Below the pieces are notes generated by a model. The model made no database searches. It was not told the DNA's origin and saw only the letters and a list, made by a program, of their open reading frames with translations. DNA of 64,000 bases from Eledone cirrhosa. Taxonomy: Eukaryota. Shown piece after piece: positions 25,831 through 38,700 of the stretch (the first letter of the stretch is position 1; every line of letters begins with the position of its first letter). A program made the translations under genes and the position numbers. Location: contig OZ024754.1 in assembly GCA_964016885.1 (NCBI GenBank), positions 22,010,001 through 22,074,000 on the forward strand. The letters run 5' to 3'.

Positions 25831-28800
25831 GTCATAACGACAGCCATTATTGGCACCCCAAAAGTCACACCAGTGCTGCTGCTGAACGTCAGAGGCCTGG
25901 TGAAACTAACTAACATGAGTAAAATTTCCTACCTGGGAGACTTAGCCATAAGCAATCAAGCATTATGCATGGCACTAACCGAAACGCACCTGACAAGCAG
26001 TATAGCAGATGCAGAAATACATATAACGAAATATACTGTATTTTGTTTGGACAGGAAGGAGAGAACCCATGGTGGAGTTGCTCTGTATATCCGTGAAGAT
26101 GTCACACCAATTGTACTGTTGACACATTCAAACTCAGTCTATGACACACTGATAGTACATATGAAGCAACTAAAGACAATAATATGTGTCACATATCGGC
26201 CGCCCGATACCCCCAGTCATGAGGGTAAATTTGAGGATAGCCTCAGTAGGATAGAAGAGGTCCTTGACAAACTGGACCAGGGTCTCAACATTCTACTGAT
26301 GGGAGACTTCAACCTACCAAAGGTAAAATGGTCTGAGGGCCACCTCCTCCCTGGAATGACGTCAATAGAACAGAGACAGACGGAATCCCTGCTGGCCCTC
26401 ACACACAGGCTGTTCATGGAACAAGCAGTACTCCTCCCAACAAGAGGCGAAAATGTCCTGAACCTCTGTTTTACAAACAACGAAGTGCTCATCCACAATG
26501 TAAAGATGACACCAACAATTTTCTCGGATCATAACTTAGTAGAACTAATGATATGTGGTCCGAGGGAACCAACAGAGACACAACACCAAGATGCTCCGGG
26601 ACGTTATCCAGCCTTAACTTCTACAAGGCTAATTGGAAAAAGATAAAGAGAGAAATCCGAAAGCAAATATGGAGCGAAAACACCGCCACACTAGACACCA
26701 ACACACAATTTCAACACTTCATGACAATGATACACACTATATGCAAAATGTTTGTCCCGGAGAAAAAGGCAAACAGACACAAAAATCTTATTTCTAGAGA
26801 TAGGAAAATCCTTATGAGACGTAGGACCAAGCTCTCGAACCAGTTGAATGCTCAACAAGAAAACAAAAACAAGAAGGAATCCTATTTGAAACGTGCACTA
26901 CTTGACACCGAGATTGCAATCAAACTTTCCCATGAAAATGAGAGGGCAAAGAAAGAAAGCAGGGCTATAGAAAATATTAAAACACACTCTAAGGCCTTCT
27001 TCAAATTTGCAAAAGAAACTGCCTCGGTACACTGCAAGATTGGGCCACTCTTCCATACAGACGGTTCATTAACCGAGAATCCCCACGAGATATGTGAAAT
27101 ACTGAACGAACAGTACAAAAGTGTGTTCATATGTCCACTGAGGCACATGCAAATAACAAAGCCAGAGGAGTTCTTTGATGCCACAACACTACAAGAAGAA
27201 ATGGCGACCATCAACCACATAGACATAACGGAGGAGGATGTGGTATACGCCATAGATGAAATTTGAACAGACTCAGCTGCTGGATCTGATGGATTCCCAG
27301 CAGTTCTCTTAAAAACATGTAAGCGGGCCTTAGCAACTCCACTGAAGATGCTCTTCAGAAGCTCCTTGGATAGCGGCATACTACCCAGGGAGCTGAAAGA
27401 AGGCACAATATGCCCTATCCATAAAGGAGGTAGCAGAGCGGAGGCCAAAAACTATAGGCCAGTCTCCCTGACGTCGCATATCAGTAAGGTCATGGAGCGA
27501 ATCATCAGAAAGAAACTGATCACTTTCCTCGAGCAAAATGACCGCCTGACTAGCACGCAGCATGGCTTCCGCCCAGGAAGAAGCTGCCTTACACAGCTGC
27601 TACATCACTACGACTGGGTACTGAAACAAGTTCTAGAGAGCTCACATGTGGACCTGATATATCTTGACTTTGCGAAGGCCTTTGATAAGGTTGACCATGG
27701 AATGATATGTCCCAAACTACACGGACTCGGCATAACTGGAAAAGTAGGTGAGTGGCTGCATGACTTCTTAAAGGACAGAAGCCAGACAGTCGCAGCAAAC
27801 GGGGCCCTCTCAAAGGAAAGATCAATAACAAGTGGCGTGCCCCAAGGGACAGTCTTGGGACCACTACTGTTTTTGGTGGCTCTCTCAGACATGCCCTCTG
27901 TAGTACATACAACAACATCCCTCACTAGCTATACTGATGACACTAAGGTAGCACAGGCAATCAAAAACCCGGCTGACGCTGCCCTTTTACAACAAGATCT
28001 GGATGCCATATACAAATGGGCGGAAGAAAACAACATGCAGTTTAATGCTGGCAAATTCCAAGCCCTACAATACAAACCTGCAAACACAAATACAGTAAAA
28101 CACAGTTGTTACGCAGGACCAGGAGGGACCGATATCCCCGTGTCAAAATCAAATACGAGACCTGGGTATAGACATGAGCGATGATGCATCTTTTTCCTCA
28201 CACATCATGAAAGTGGCAACAATGTGCAGACGACTCGCTGGCTGGATCTTGAGGACTTTCCGAACAAGAGACCGAGACACCATGTTGACACTATGGAGGA
28301 CATTTGTCCTAAGCTGCCTGGACTATTGCTCCCAGTTGTGGTCACCCCATAGTGTCAAACTAAACACGGAGCTTGAGACAATCCAGCGAAGCTACACCAA
28401 GAGGATTGCCACGATGAAGGAGATAAGCTACTGGGAGAGGCTAAAAGAACTGCAACTCTACTCCTTGGAACGAAGACGGGAGAGATACTCAGTGATCTAC
28501 ATAAGAAAAATCCTGGAGGGACTAGCACCAAACTTTGGCATTGGGAGCTGGACCAACTGTCGAACAGGACGTCACTGTGTGGTGCCAAAGGTCCCGTCTT
28601 CCACATCTAGAATAAGGAGCAGATATTGCAATAGCCTGGGGTTCAAGGGCCCTCAACTCTTCAACAAGCTGCCGAGGGATCTGAGATATCTTCATGGTGT
28701 GGATGTCTTCAAGAAACATCTCGACACCTTGCTATCCAGGATCCCGGATGAGCCCACAGCAAGGCACGAGGGAAACCTAAGGGCAGCGGCAACAAATCCC

Positions 28801-28915
28801 TCTTACACCAGTGGCCAACCTATACAGGCTGGAGATAAAATGTGTAGCAACAAGGGCGGTGCCCCAGCATGGCCTCAGCCGGATGGCTTGAACAGGTAAA
28901 AGAGTAAAAGAGTAA
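25831..28915 (+). mobile_element. CR1-group LINE ORF2, decayed (APE + RT split by frameshifts and stops) with (GTAAAAGA)n tail
   Basis: LTETHL, YRPP, GDFN, SDH; YLDFAKAFDKVDH, SGVPQGTVLGPLLF, SYTDDTK; LYSLERRRERY. Pieces at 25873-26646, 26553-27266, 27348-28184 and 28174-28899. Confidence 0.92.
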
Positions 28916-28997
28916 TATATATATGTATATATATACATACATATATATATATATATATGTATATATATACATATATGTATATATATGTATCTATATG

Positions 28998-29051
<54 letters not shown>

Positions 29052-29166
29052 CATATATATATATACATATATGTATATATATGTATCTATATGTATGTAT
29101 ATATATACATATATGTATATATATGTATCTATATGTATGTATATATATATATATACATATATATAT

Positions 29167-29381
29167 GAAGGCGTGTGGCTGAGTGGTTAGAGAATTGGAT
29201 TCGCAATCGTAAGGTTGTGAGTTCGATTCCTGGACCAGGTGATACGTTATGTCCTTGAGCAAGACACTTTATTTCACGTTGCTCCTTCTACCTGGAGTTG
29301 CGACCGATAGATAGTATTAGCAATTGGAAAGACCAACGGAAACATTGTTCCCTCGGTCCGATTTGACGAAAGTCGATCGTT

Positions 29382-29383
<2 letters not shown>
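29167..29383 (+). mobile_element. tRNA-derived SINE with CORE-like segment
   Basis: A box TGGCTGAGTGG, B box GAGTTCGATTCC, then GTCCTTGAGCAAGACACTT. Confidence 0.75.
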
Positions 29384-29441
<58 letters not shown>

Positions 29442-30058
29442 CGCATATGTATGCGCGTGTGTGTATGTCGTACGTATAAGTGTCAATAAGTGATTTTTTT
29501 TTTTTTTTTTTTTTTTTTTTGCACGGGGACATAGAAATAATCGGGCTGGATGCCCGATCGCGCAGTTAAACCACTGGGAGTGAAGAACCCCTAGCCCTCG
29601 TCAGGGCATTCTTATAGGAGAAGGCATCTCAGGAAACTGGGTGAACTCCGACATAAAACCTGCGGCTCAGTAGTTACCGATGATGTTGATCTTTTCTTCT
29701 TTTCGGGTTATAGCTACTGTCGCTCAGAGAGTGGGATTGACTCAGTGCACAGTCTTTCCTCACTTTAAAAATATTCGTCACGCACAGGCATTGCACGAGT
29801 GCATTAATAATTATTAATGGTGTACTATTATTATTATTATTATTATTGACGAAAGTGGATGTACGTTTTTTGAAGCTCCGTGAGTAAGCAATTTTTTGAG
29901 GATTAATTGTGGAGAATTGTTTATTTTTTTGTACCGCTGAAGCATTATAAGACATTAATTTGTATCCTGTGAAGGAATAACTCATAATATTTGGGCCTTT
30001 TGGCCCAAATATTTGAACTTTATTTTGGAAAAATAATAATATTTTTTCTCAAAAAAAC

Positions 30059-31963
30059 ATGGCGGAGCCACGCCCCCTAGAGGCGGGTCTGCTGTCGTGC
30101 AACGGCGACTTGAGCGTTGAGAGGAGAGGTGGGGCGAGGAGCGCCACCAGCACGAGTGTGAGCAGCGACAGTGCCAGCACCAACGGGCCGAGCGGCGCGG
30201 AAGGTGGTAACAACGACAACACCAACACCAACAAGCCGAACAGCGCAGAAGGTGGTAATAGCGAGAGCACCAACAAAACGAACAGCACAGAGAGTAATAG
30301 TAGCGACAGCAGCAGCACCAACAAGGCCAACAGCACAGAGGGTAACCACGACACAGGGGAGAACAACAACAGCAATAGCAGCAGCAACACCAACAAGAAC
30401 AACAACAGTGACAACAAGAACACCTTCGCTGCTGTGGCAGCGGCTAAAAGGAGACCATGCTACAGCACCGACTTAACCAACAGAGAGGAAAAGTTGGCCC
30501 AGGCCTGGAAAATCATAAATCAAGAGCAGACCTGGGCAAACTTAACTGTCCCGGCAGAAGCCATTGAGGCAGTGGAAAAAAGAACGGTGCATTTCAGATG
30601 CATCTCAGTAGAGACAAAGAGGGCAGCGATAATCGCCCAAGCTGATATAGAAGCCGCACTGAAATACATCAGAGAGGACACAGACTTCATAGAGAGGGGC
30701 AGGCAATACGGCACCGTTTCGGTGCTGTTCAAGTCTGAAGCCCTCGCTGTGAAGCATTCAATGACCCCTTGCAAAACCAGCAAGGTCATAATGTACCCCT
30801 CCCACATGGGAAAACGAATAGCACGTGTGCGCATTCCCAGGATTCCACCAGGACTTGATATGTGGTGGCTCCTGGGTTGCGTAATCGTGGAAGGAACGGA
30901 TACAGTCCCGGTAGAGGCAACGAGAACTGCCAGGGACGACTGGTCCGGGGTTGATCTGGAGATACTGCTCCAAATCAGACCCGAAAACATAAAAGCAATC
31001 CCGGACCACATCCGCCTCCAAAACGGGAGGGTGTTGCATATAATGACTGAGGGCAAAAGGCCGCATTGTTTCCTTTGTGGGGAAACGACACACTTGCGAG
31101 CCTTCTGCCCTCAACTGCCGAAAAGCGCAAGGGGTTGAAAGATTCCACTGCTGGCGACGCCGGGACAAGGACCACCAGCAACACCGTCAACAATGGAACC
31201 ACCAAAATTGCACACCCAGGGGGGAAACGAGGAAAGCTCTCCCATTCCCCCTCCCACCCAAAATACACACACGAACAAGAACATAAACACTCACTCAGAC
31301 ACAAACACGCTCACAGCCACAGACCCCTCATCCTCCAGCAGTGAAGATGAGGGAAAACCAAAGTCCCCCAAAATACAAAAAACAAAACACAAAAAAAAAA
31401 GAAATCCACAAAGCACAAACACCCCCACAAAAAAAAATACACACACCACCCACACAAACACTTTCCCCACAGCATCACCAACACAACCACCAAAATCCCC
31501 CAAACGCAAACAAGCTAAACAGACACAAGAACAAATAGACACACAAACATCAGAAACTACAGACACCCCACCCACAACAAACGCAGACACAATAGAAACA
31601 ACACTAACAAAGCTATCACCTCCACAATCACACGAACAAATAAAACCCGAGCAACAAAACATTAAAAACTTCGTGCTTGCCAGAAGGGCCAACAAGGAAT
31701 TGATGGCCCATGTAGCACGAAGCACAAACATCGAAAAAGAGGGGGAAACATTTGAAGCGAGCACATTTCGCGTACCAGATAATTTGCTTCTGATGCGAAT
31801 GTCGCTCGCTTCATACAAAGAAATTCGAAAGAGCTTTCCTCGGGATGTGGGAACCCCGAACGTAAAACCCACTTCAAGACTATTAAAGGGGTTCCCAAAA
31901 GAAACCCCACAAACCATGGAGGTCGAACCACCCGACCTTCACAAGACCCCGGAAGGTAAGTAA
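30059..31963 (+). CDS. L1/Tx1 ORF1 (gag-like, CCHC zinc knuckle) with one in-frame TGA at 31136-31138
   Basis: CFLCGETTHLRAFC. ORFs 30059-31138 and 31193-31963 are in the same frame (offset 1134) and the intervening codons are open. Confidence 0.8.
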
Positions 31964-31992
31964 ACCTTTCCTCTCCCATTCATCCTGCCAGC

Positions 31993-34900
31993 ATGGCCAT
32001 AAGAGTAGGAAGTTTAAATGTTCGTGGCCTGGGGTCGCCCTGGAAGCAAGGTCACTTGCTCAACGACCGCAGGTCACTAGGAATGGATGTAATTGCCATC
32101 AGCGAGACCAGAATTTCCGACACACGCGCACTGGCGCCGATTTTCGATGATTATCAGATCTTTGCATCTGTTAGTCGGCCGGGAATGGGAGGTGGAGTGG
32201 CTGTGCTGTTTAGGAAATGTCTGGATCTCGAGGTAAGGTCAATCTTCCGGGATCCTGACGGAAAGTTGGTGGTCCTGGACGTGAGCAATAGCGAAGGTGG
32301 TGCCTTTAGACTGGTGGCCGTCTACGCCCCTACTGGGGCCGGTCGGCCGGACTTCTTTAGGCGCCTGGAAAACTTTCTGCTTACGTCTCGCCCTTTACTG
32401 TTAATAGGGGATTGGAATGGCATCTTAGAAGCACGCTGGGATTGTGTGGGAGTATCTGATAGGAGCGGGGGGTGCAAAAGCCTCAAGTACCTGATCAGCC
32501 AGTTTCAACTGTCTGACAGGTACCGACTAGATTTCCCTAATGCGCCAGTATGGACCTGGATCAATCGCATAGGGTCATCTAGATCGTACATAGATAGGAT
32601 TTTCATTAGGAAAAGAGATAGAAATAGTGTAGGATGTCCACATTTTAAAACGGTTGCCTATTCAGATCACAAGCTTGTGATCTGTATGGTCGACCTAGAT
32701 AAGACACGTAGGTTAGGACCTAGCTACTGGAAGCTAAACATGTCGTTTCCGGCACGTAGAGCTTACAGGGACCGGGTCAACAACTTAGTTAAGCAAAAGT
32801 TGACAGGGGGGGTTGTCAACAACAGGTGGTGGGGGGCTCTCAAAAGAGAGATTAGAGCAACCTCGATAGGATTTAGCAAAGAAGTAGCAATAGAGAAAAA
32901 TAGAAAGGAGGAGGGGCTGATAGCTAAGTTAGACGAGGCTATTTGTAGTGGCATTGCAACAGACGTGCTAGCGGCGAGAATGGCACTAGATCATTTCTTC
33001 AATGCGAAACACGAAGGTTGCATTGTTAGAGCTAAGGCGCGTGCTCTGAGGAACGAGGGAACCAAAGCTGCCCGATGGGCTCGCTTTGCAGAGACGCAGC
33101 GTGGAAATAAAACCACAATTCGGTCTTTGACGGATCGAGATGGACACGAACTGAGCGATTCCAAGCAGATGTGTGAGGCCTTTCGTCAGCACTTTGCTCG
33201 ATTGTTCGGGAGGATGGGTGAGCCGGAGACGGCGGCGGACTTCAGTCCCTACCTCGACGGCTTGCCACGCCTCTCGACGGCCGACGCTGAGCGCTGTGAA
33301 GAGCCAATAACATCAGTCGAAATTCAGGACGCCCTTGTCGGCTGCTCGAGTCGCAAGTCACCCGGTTTGGATGGTCTGCCCTACGAGCTTTACGTAAATA
33401 TGCCAGACTTGTTCTCCGATCTCCTCGAAGCGCTCTACTGCAACTGGCAGCAGAACGGGAGCATTCCCGGTTCTGTGAGCCATGGCGTAGTGACGCTGAT
33501 AAGGAAAGACGAGAACAAGAGGGACACACTAGATAATTTCAGGCCCATAACCCTGCTCAACACAGAGTTTAAGATTTTGGCCAAGGTGTTAGCGAAAAGG
33601 TTGGCGCTTGTCGTCAAAGATTTGGTTGGGGAGGCGCAAACTTGCGCAATCCCGACCAGGTCCATACACGACAACCTCCACCTCATGCGATACATCATAG
33701 AGAGGGTTGGGTGCAAACCTGGCTTCGGTGGGGCTCTGATCAATTTAGATCAATCGAAAGCATTCGATAGGGTCGACCATCGGTACTTGGAGGCTGTCCT
33801 CGAGGCGGCTGGCTTTGGCCCCGTCTTCAGAAGCTGGATCGCTGCAATGCACAGCTGCACATGCTCGGTGGTCAAGGTTAATGGCCACCTCTCGGAACCA
33901 TTTCAGATCTCTCGATCGGTCCGTCAAGGGTTCCCTCTCTCTTACCTTCTGTACGTACTGACTCTCGAGCCTTTACTGCGGAAGCTGGAGCTGTTGCAGG
34001 GCATCCCACTTGAACCGGGACGTGGAAAGGTGGTGTCGGCTTATGCGGACGACATCACCGTGATGGTGTCGGACACCTCGGAAATCGAGGTGATCCGCAC
34101 CCATTTGGAGGAATATGAAAGGTTGACGGGAGCAAAACTTAACCCGGAAAAGTCGGTGGGCTTGCAGCTCAGAACCTGGAGAGGCAAGTCCATGCCGTCC
34201 AACAGCGCCGTTGGGCGCTGGACAGACGGACCGGTAAAGTTGCTCGGGGTTTGGTTCGGACCAGACCTCCAGGTGGATAAGAATTGGGACGAGGTGACGA
34301 GCAGGATAGCCAACCTCACCCAGAAATGGGCTGAGAGAAAGCTATCACTGAAAGGGCGGGTGGAGGTGGCGAACGCGTACATCGCGTCCGTCATCTACTA
34401 CCGCCTGACCGTCGTGCCTTGCCCCCGTCCACGCCTCGCCAATTTGGAACGGCTCCTTTTCAAATTTTTGTGGAGGGGACGGGTCCCGTTGGTGAGGCGG
34501 TCCATCTGCTGCCAGCACCCTCTTCGTGGAGGGCTGGGCATGCCGTGGCTAATGATGCGCAGACATGCGCTGAGGCTGCGACATCTCCAGATATTTTGCC
34601 TAAACGGTGAACAGGTGTGGTCGCCGTTTGTTAGACGGGCCTTTCCGCAGCTCATCTCTTTGACTGAGCTGCAGTCCTGGGTCAAGAAGAGACAGAGACT
34701 GGGCGACTGGCATCTGGAATGTTGCCAGGCGCTCACTGCACTCTGCAAGGTGGGCAATGCGGTCAGTGGAACTTCCACTCAAGATTTCTATAGAGGATTA
34801 GTGGAGGGCAAGTACGATGACGTACTAGGAGAGGCTCTAGGCGTCAACGAAGTAGAACTGACCAGTATGTTCCGGAGGACTTTCGAGCCGGGGACGATGG

Positions 34901-35412
34901 ATAACTTCCAGAAATCCCTCGCTTGGCAGTGCTACCGGGGGGCGCTGCCGGTTCGGGATAAACTCTACAGGCACGGAAGTGCTGTCAGACGAACCTGCCC
35001 GAGATGCGCGCAGAGCGACGAAACCGTTCTGCACGCACTCGTCCAGTGTCCGTGCATTGCTGACTTGTGGGGTTATGTCGAACAGCTATTGTCGCGTGTA
35101 GAACGGATCCGGCTATCGTCCGAGTCCATAGTGAAGATTGACCCACCGCCTTCTTTTGGTCAGGAAGGGCAGGCAATTTTCCTCTGCCTGGTGGCAGTAG
35201 CGAAAGAGGTTGCATGGTGGACCAGGTTGAAAGGACTGAAGACAGACACTTTTCTCTTCGGCCAATCCCTCATCAACTTCTTCAAGTTTCACTTGGAAAG
35301 GAAGGTGAGGGTGGAGAGAGAAGTGCTGCTCCCCAGTACATTTGCTGAAAGGTGGGTGAATGTGGCGAGAATGGCCTGCGTGAGTGGGCCTACTCTGATC
35401 ATGCACCTGTAG
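31993..35412 (+). CDS. L1/Tx1 ORF2: APE endonuclease, RT, C-terminal CCHC; intact 1139 aa
   Basis: SLNVRGL, ISETR, VYAP, GDWN, SDHK; KSPGLDG, NFRPITLLN, LDQSKAFDRVDH, AYADD; CPRC..ETVLHALVQC. Confidence 0.95.
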   Translation: MAIRVGSLNVRGLGSPWKQGHLLNDRRSLGMDVIAISETRISDTRALAPIFDDYQIFASVSRPGMGGGVAVLFRKCLDLEVRSIFRDPDGKLVVLDVSNSEGGAFRLVAVYAPTGAGRPDFFRRLENFLLTSRPLLLIGDWNGILEARWDCVGVSDRSGGCKSLKYLISQFQLSDRYRLDFPNAPVWTWINRIGSSRSYIDRIFIRKRDRNSVGCPHFKTVAYSDHKLVICMVDLDKTRRLGPSYWKLNMSFPARRAYRDRVNNLVKQKLTGGVVNNRWWGALKREIRATSIGFSKEVAIEKNRKEEGLIAKLDEAICSGIATDVLAARMALDHFFNAKHEGCIVRAKARALRNEGTKAARWARFAETQRGNKTTIRSLTDRDGHELSDSKQMCEAFRQHFARLFGRMGEPETAADFSPYLDGLPRLSTADAERCEEPITSVEIQDALVGCSSRKSPGLDGLPYELYVNMPDLFSDLLEALYCNWQQNGSIPGSVSHGVVTLIRKDENKRDTLDNFRPITLLNTEFKILAKVLAKRLALVVKDLVGEAQTCAIPTRSIHDNLHLMRYIIERVGCKPGFGGALINLDQSKAFDRVDHRYLEAVLEAAGFGPVFRSWIAAMHSCTCSVVKVNGHLSEPFQISRSVRQGFPLSYLLYVLTLEPLLRKLELLQGIPLEPGRGKVVSAYADDITVMVSDTSEIEVIRTHLEEYERLTGAKLNPEKSVGLQLRTWRGKSMPSNSAVGRWTDGPVKLLGVWFGPDLQVDKNWDEVTSRIANLTQKWAERKLSLKGRVEVANAYIASVIYYRLTVVPCPRPRLANLERLLFKFLWRGRVPLVRRSICCQHPLRGGLGMPWLMMRRHALRLRHLQIFCLNGEQVWSPFVRRAFPQLISLTELQSWVKKRQRLGDWHLECCQALTALCKVGNAVSGTSTQDFYRGLVEGKYDDVLGEALGVNEVELTSMFRRTFEPGTMDNFQKSLAWQCYRGALPVRDKLYRHGSAVRRTCPRCAQSDETVLHALVQCPCIADLWGYVEQLLSRVERIRLSSESIVKIDPPPSFGQEGQAIFLCLVAVAKEVAWWTRLKGLKTDTFLFGQSLINFFKFHLERKVRVEREVLLPSTFAERWVNVARMACVSGPTLIMHL

Positions 35413-35719
35413 GCTGGTGAATTCGAGAAGGAGAGGGGTGCCCTTCCCGGGTGCCCTAGGAGCGTCGGGTGGCTCAGGACTGGTGGGGTGCTTGAGTCAA
35501 CCCTGGGTGGTGATCCCTCTTATTGGGGAACTTTCATTGTTGTATTTTTATTGTTATTTTGTTTTTTGTTATTTATACTTACTCGATCTCTATGTAAACC
35601 CCCACTGTCCCTGTCTATTGTGTTGTCCCCTATATGTCGGCCCTTGTGGCCAATAAATGAAATCATTATTATTATTATTACTATTATTATTACTTTTTTT
35701 TTTTTTTTTTTCCAATTCA

Positions 35720-38700
35720 ATGATGTTCCAGAACAATATAAAAGAGATAATTGGCAATTTAGGTTCTGGAACAAAAAAGATCATTGGCAATAAGGGCAGG
35801 GGCCCCAGGTTATCACAGCCTGGGCCCGCTCGTCATCGTGCCATTGTAATAGAGCCAAACAAGGCATTTAGTCTTGGCTGCTGGAACGTACGGACGCTGC
35901 TTGACAGGGATTCCTTGGGGCGTCCTGAACGAAGGACCGCTCTAGTTGCAAAGGAGCTTCGACGTTACGATCTTGACATCGTGGCTTTATCTGAGACGAG
36001 GTTAGCTGGAGATGGTCATCTTACGGAATTTTGTGGAGAATATACATTCTTCTGGAAAGGAAGAGATGAAGGAACCAGAAGAGAGGCTGGGGTAGGATTT
36101 GCTGTTAAGACTGTGCTTGTGAACAAATTAGAAGAATTCCCAGTAGGGATTAGTGAGCGTCTTATGTCCATGAGAGTTCCGCTGGACAAGGGAAGATATG
36201 CTACCCTGGTGAGTGTGTATGCTCCAACTATGAGTTCTGTCGATGAGGAAAAGGTGTCCTTTTACCATGCCTTGAAAGGTGTTTTAAGAAATATCCCTCA
36301 GGCAGACAAAGTCATCGTGCTTGGTGACTTTAATGCTAGAGTGGGTAGGGATTTTAACACATGGAATGTAATCGGAAGGCATAGGGTGGGACAGTGTAAC
36401 AGCAATGGTATGCTCCTGCTGCAGATGTGTGAGGAGCTGGATCTGTGTGTTACCAACACCATGTTCCAACAAAAGAACAAATTCAAGACCACATGGATGC
36501 ATCCTGCATCTAAGGAATGGCATCTTTTGGACTACGTCCTAGTCAGGATGCGTGACAGACAGGATGTGCAGTGTGTTTGTGTTCTTCGTGGAGCTAAGTG
36601 CTGGACGGACCACCGCCTGGTACCCGCAAAAGTGAAACTAATCACTAAACGTAAAATCCGGGCTCCTGGTGTTGCCCTGCCCAAAAGATTGAATGCTGCT
36701 CGTCTTAAGGATAAAAATGTGAAGAGGACATTGGAAGAAGAGATGCAGGCTGCAGATCTTGGTGAGGATTGGCCGACCCTTAAAAAGTCGGTTTATGATG
36801 TAGGCAGGCGTGTTCTGGGATTGGCGCAGAGGAAACATCAGGACTGGTTTGATGAGAATGATGTACATATAGAAGACTTGTTGGCTGATAAGAGGCGTGC
36901 TCTGTCACGCTACTTGACGGCAAAACCACAGGAGAGGAATACGTTGCATGAGGAACTCAGGGATGTAAAATCACGTGTTAGGCGGAGTCTTTCTCAGATG
37001 AAGGATCAGTGGTGGAGTGAGAAGGCTGGTGAGATACAAACTGCGTCTGATTCCAATAACACAAAGCTGTTGTACAGTCTCTTGCGTGAGGTTTATGGAC
37101 CGTCTTCTTCTCTGGTGACACCGCTTCGCAGCAAGGATGGCAAAGAACTTCTTCGTGACTCACAAGGAATTCTACGAAGGTGGTGAGAGCACTTTGATGA
37201 TCTTTTGAATCAGCCGTCTGTCGTCAGTGAAGATTTCCTCAATCTCATTCCAGAAAGTCCTGTGAAAGTAGCTCTCGCAGAACCTCCGACGCTTGTGGAG
37301 GTTGCAGTGGCTATTTCGAAGCTGAACAGTGGAAGATCTCAAGGTATGGATGGCATACATGCTGAGCTCCTACAATATGGTGGTGAGAGACTCCTGCAAC
37401 ATCTTCACTCTTTGTTTGGAAGGATATGGGCTAATGAATCCGTACCTGAGGACTGGAGAGATGCAGTAATGGTGGTCTTGTACAAGGGAAAGGGTAACAG
37501 GAACGATTGTGGGAACTACAGAGGTATATCATTGCTTTCTGTCGTAGGGAAAGTTTTATGTAGGGTGCTTCTGGACCGTCTGCTGACACACATTGCAGAT
37601 TGTGTTCTTCCTGAAAGTCAATCTGGTTTTCGTGCTGGACGCGGCACTACTGATATGATCTTCTCAGCTAGACAGCTCCAGGAGAAGTGCATGGAACAAG
37701 GCTTGGATCTGTATCAGGTTTTTGTCGATCTGACAAAAGCTTTCGATACTGTTAACAGAGATGCATTGTGGAAGGTTCTCCAGAAACTTGGTTGCCCTGA
37801 TAAGTTCCTTGCTTTAGTTAGGTCTTTCCATGACGACATGAAGGCTTGGATTAATGTCGGGGGTAACATGTCGGAGCCTATCTCAGTAAAAAATGGAGTG
37901 AAACAGGGGGATATTCCAGCACCGACCCTGTTTGCCATATACTTTGCAATGGTTTTCTGTATTGCATTCAGGAATAGCGAGCATGGTGTTTACATCCGAT
38001 ATCTAACCTCAGGCAGCATATTCAACATCAGGCGCTTTGCTGCGAAGACAAAGGTATTTACATCAATCATAAGAGATCTCTTGTATGCAGATGATTGCGA
38101 TCTTGTAGCGCACACAGAGAGTGATATGCAGCACATTTTGAATACATTTTCTGACGCTTGCACTGCCCTAGGTCTGACTGTCAGTCTCAAGAAAACCGTC
38201 GTCATGTACCAACCTGCCCCTGGTAAGCAGTACACTGAACCAAACATCTATGTGTATGGCAAACGACTTGGAGTGGTTGATCAGTTTGTCTACCTGGGAA
38301 GCACTGTCAATCGATACAGCAACCTTGACGGTGAAATCTCACTTAGGATTAGGAAAGCAAGTGATGCTTTCGGAAAGCTAGAAAGGCGACTCTGGGGTCG
38401 GCGAGATATATGCAGGAAGACAAAGGTAAAGGTGTACAGGGCATGTGTGCTCTCTTGTCTTCTTTATGCCTGCGAGACCTGGGTCACATATCGACACCAC
38501 TTTAAGCAATTGGAGCGTTTCCATCAGATGTGTTTCAGACGGATCCATGGCGTTCACTGGAGGGACCACATCAGTGATGTCGAGATTTTGGAAAGCTCTC
38601 TGTGTGACAGTATAGAAGCTCTTGTGCTTAAGCAACGACTCCGTTGGAGTGGTCACCTTGCCAGGATGAAGGATTCTAGAATACCAAAACAACTCTTTCA

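Larger units (their letters stand above)
29837..35678 (+). mobile_element. Near full-length L1/Tx1-clade LINE
   Basis: ORF1 + ORF2, AATAAA at ~35652, (ATT)n tail; candidate TSD TACTATTATTATTA at 29823-29836 and 35679-35692. Confidence 0.88.

Noticed and set aside
29167-29250. tRNA gene
   Set aside because: It has A/B boxes but continues into a SINE core with no clean acceptor stem or terminator.
37184-37186. Programmed read-through in the RTE ORF
   Set aside because: The context RW*EHF corresponds to a usual sense codon, plausibly a CGA to TGA transition.
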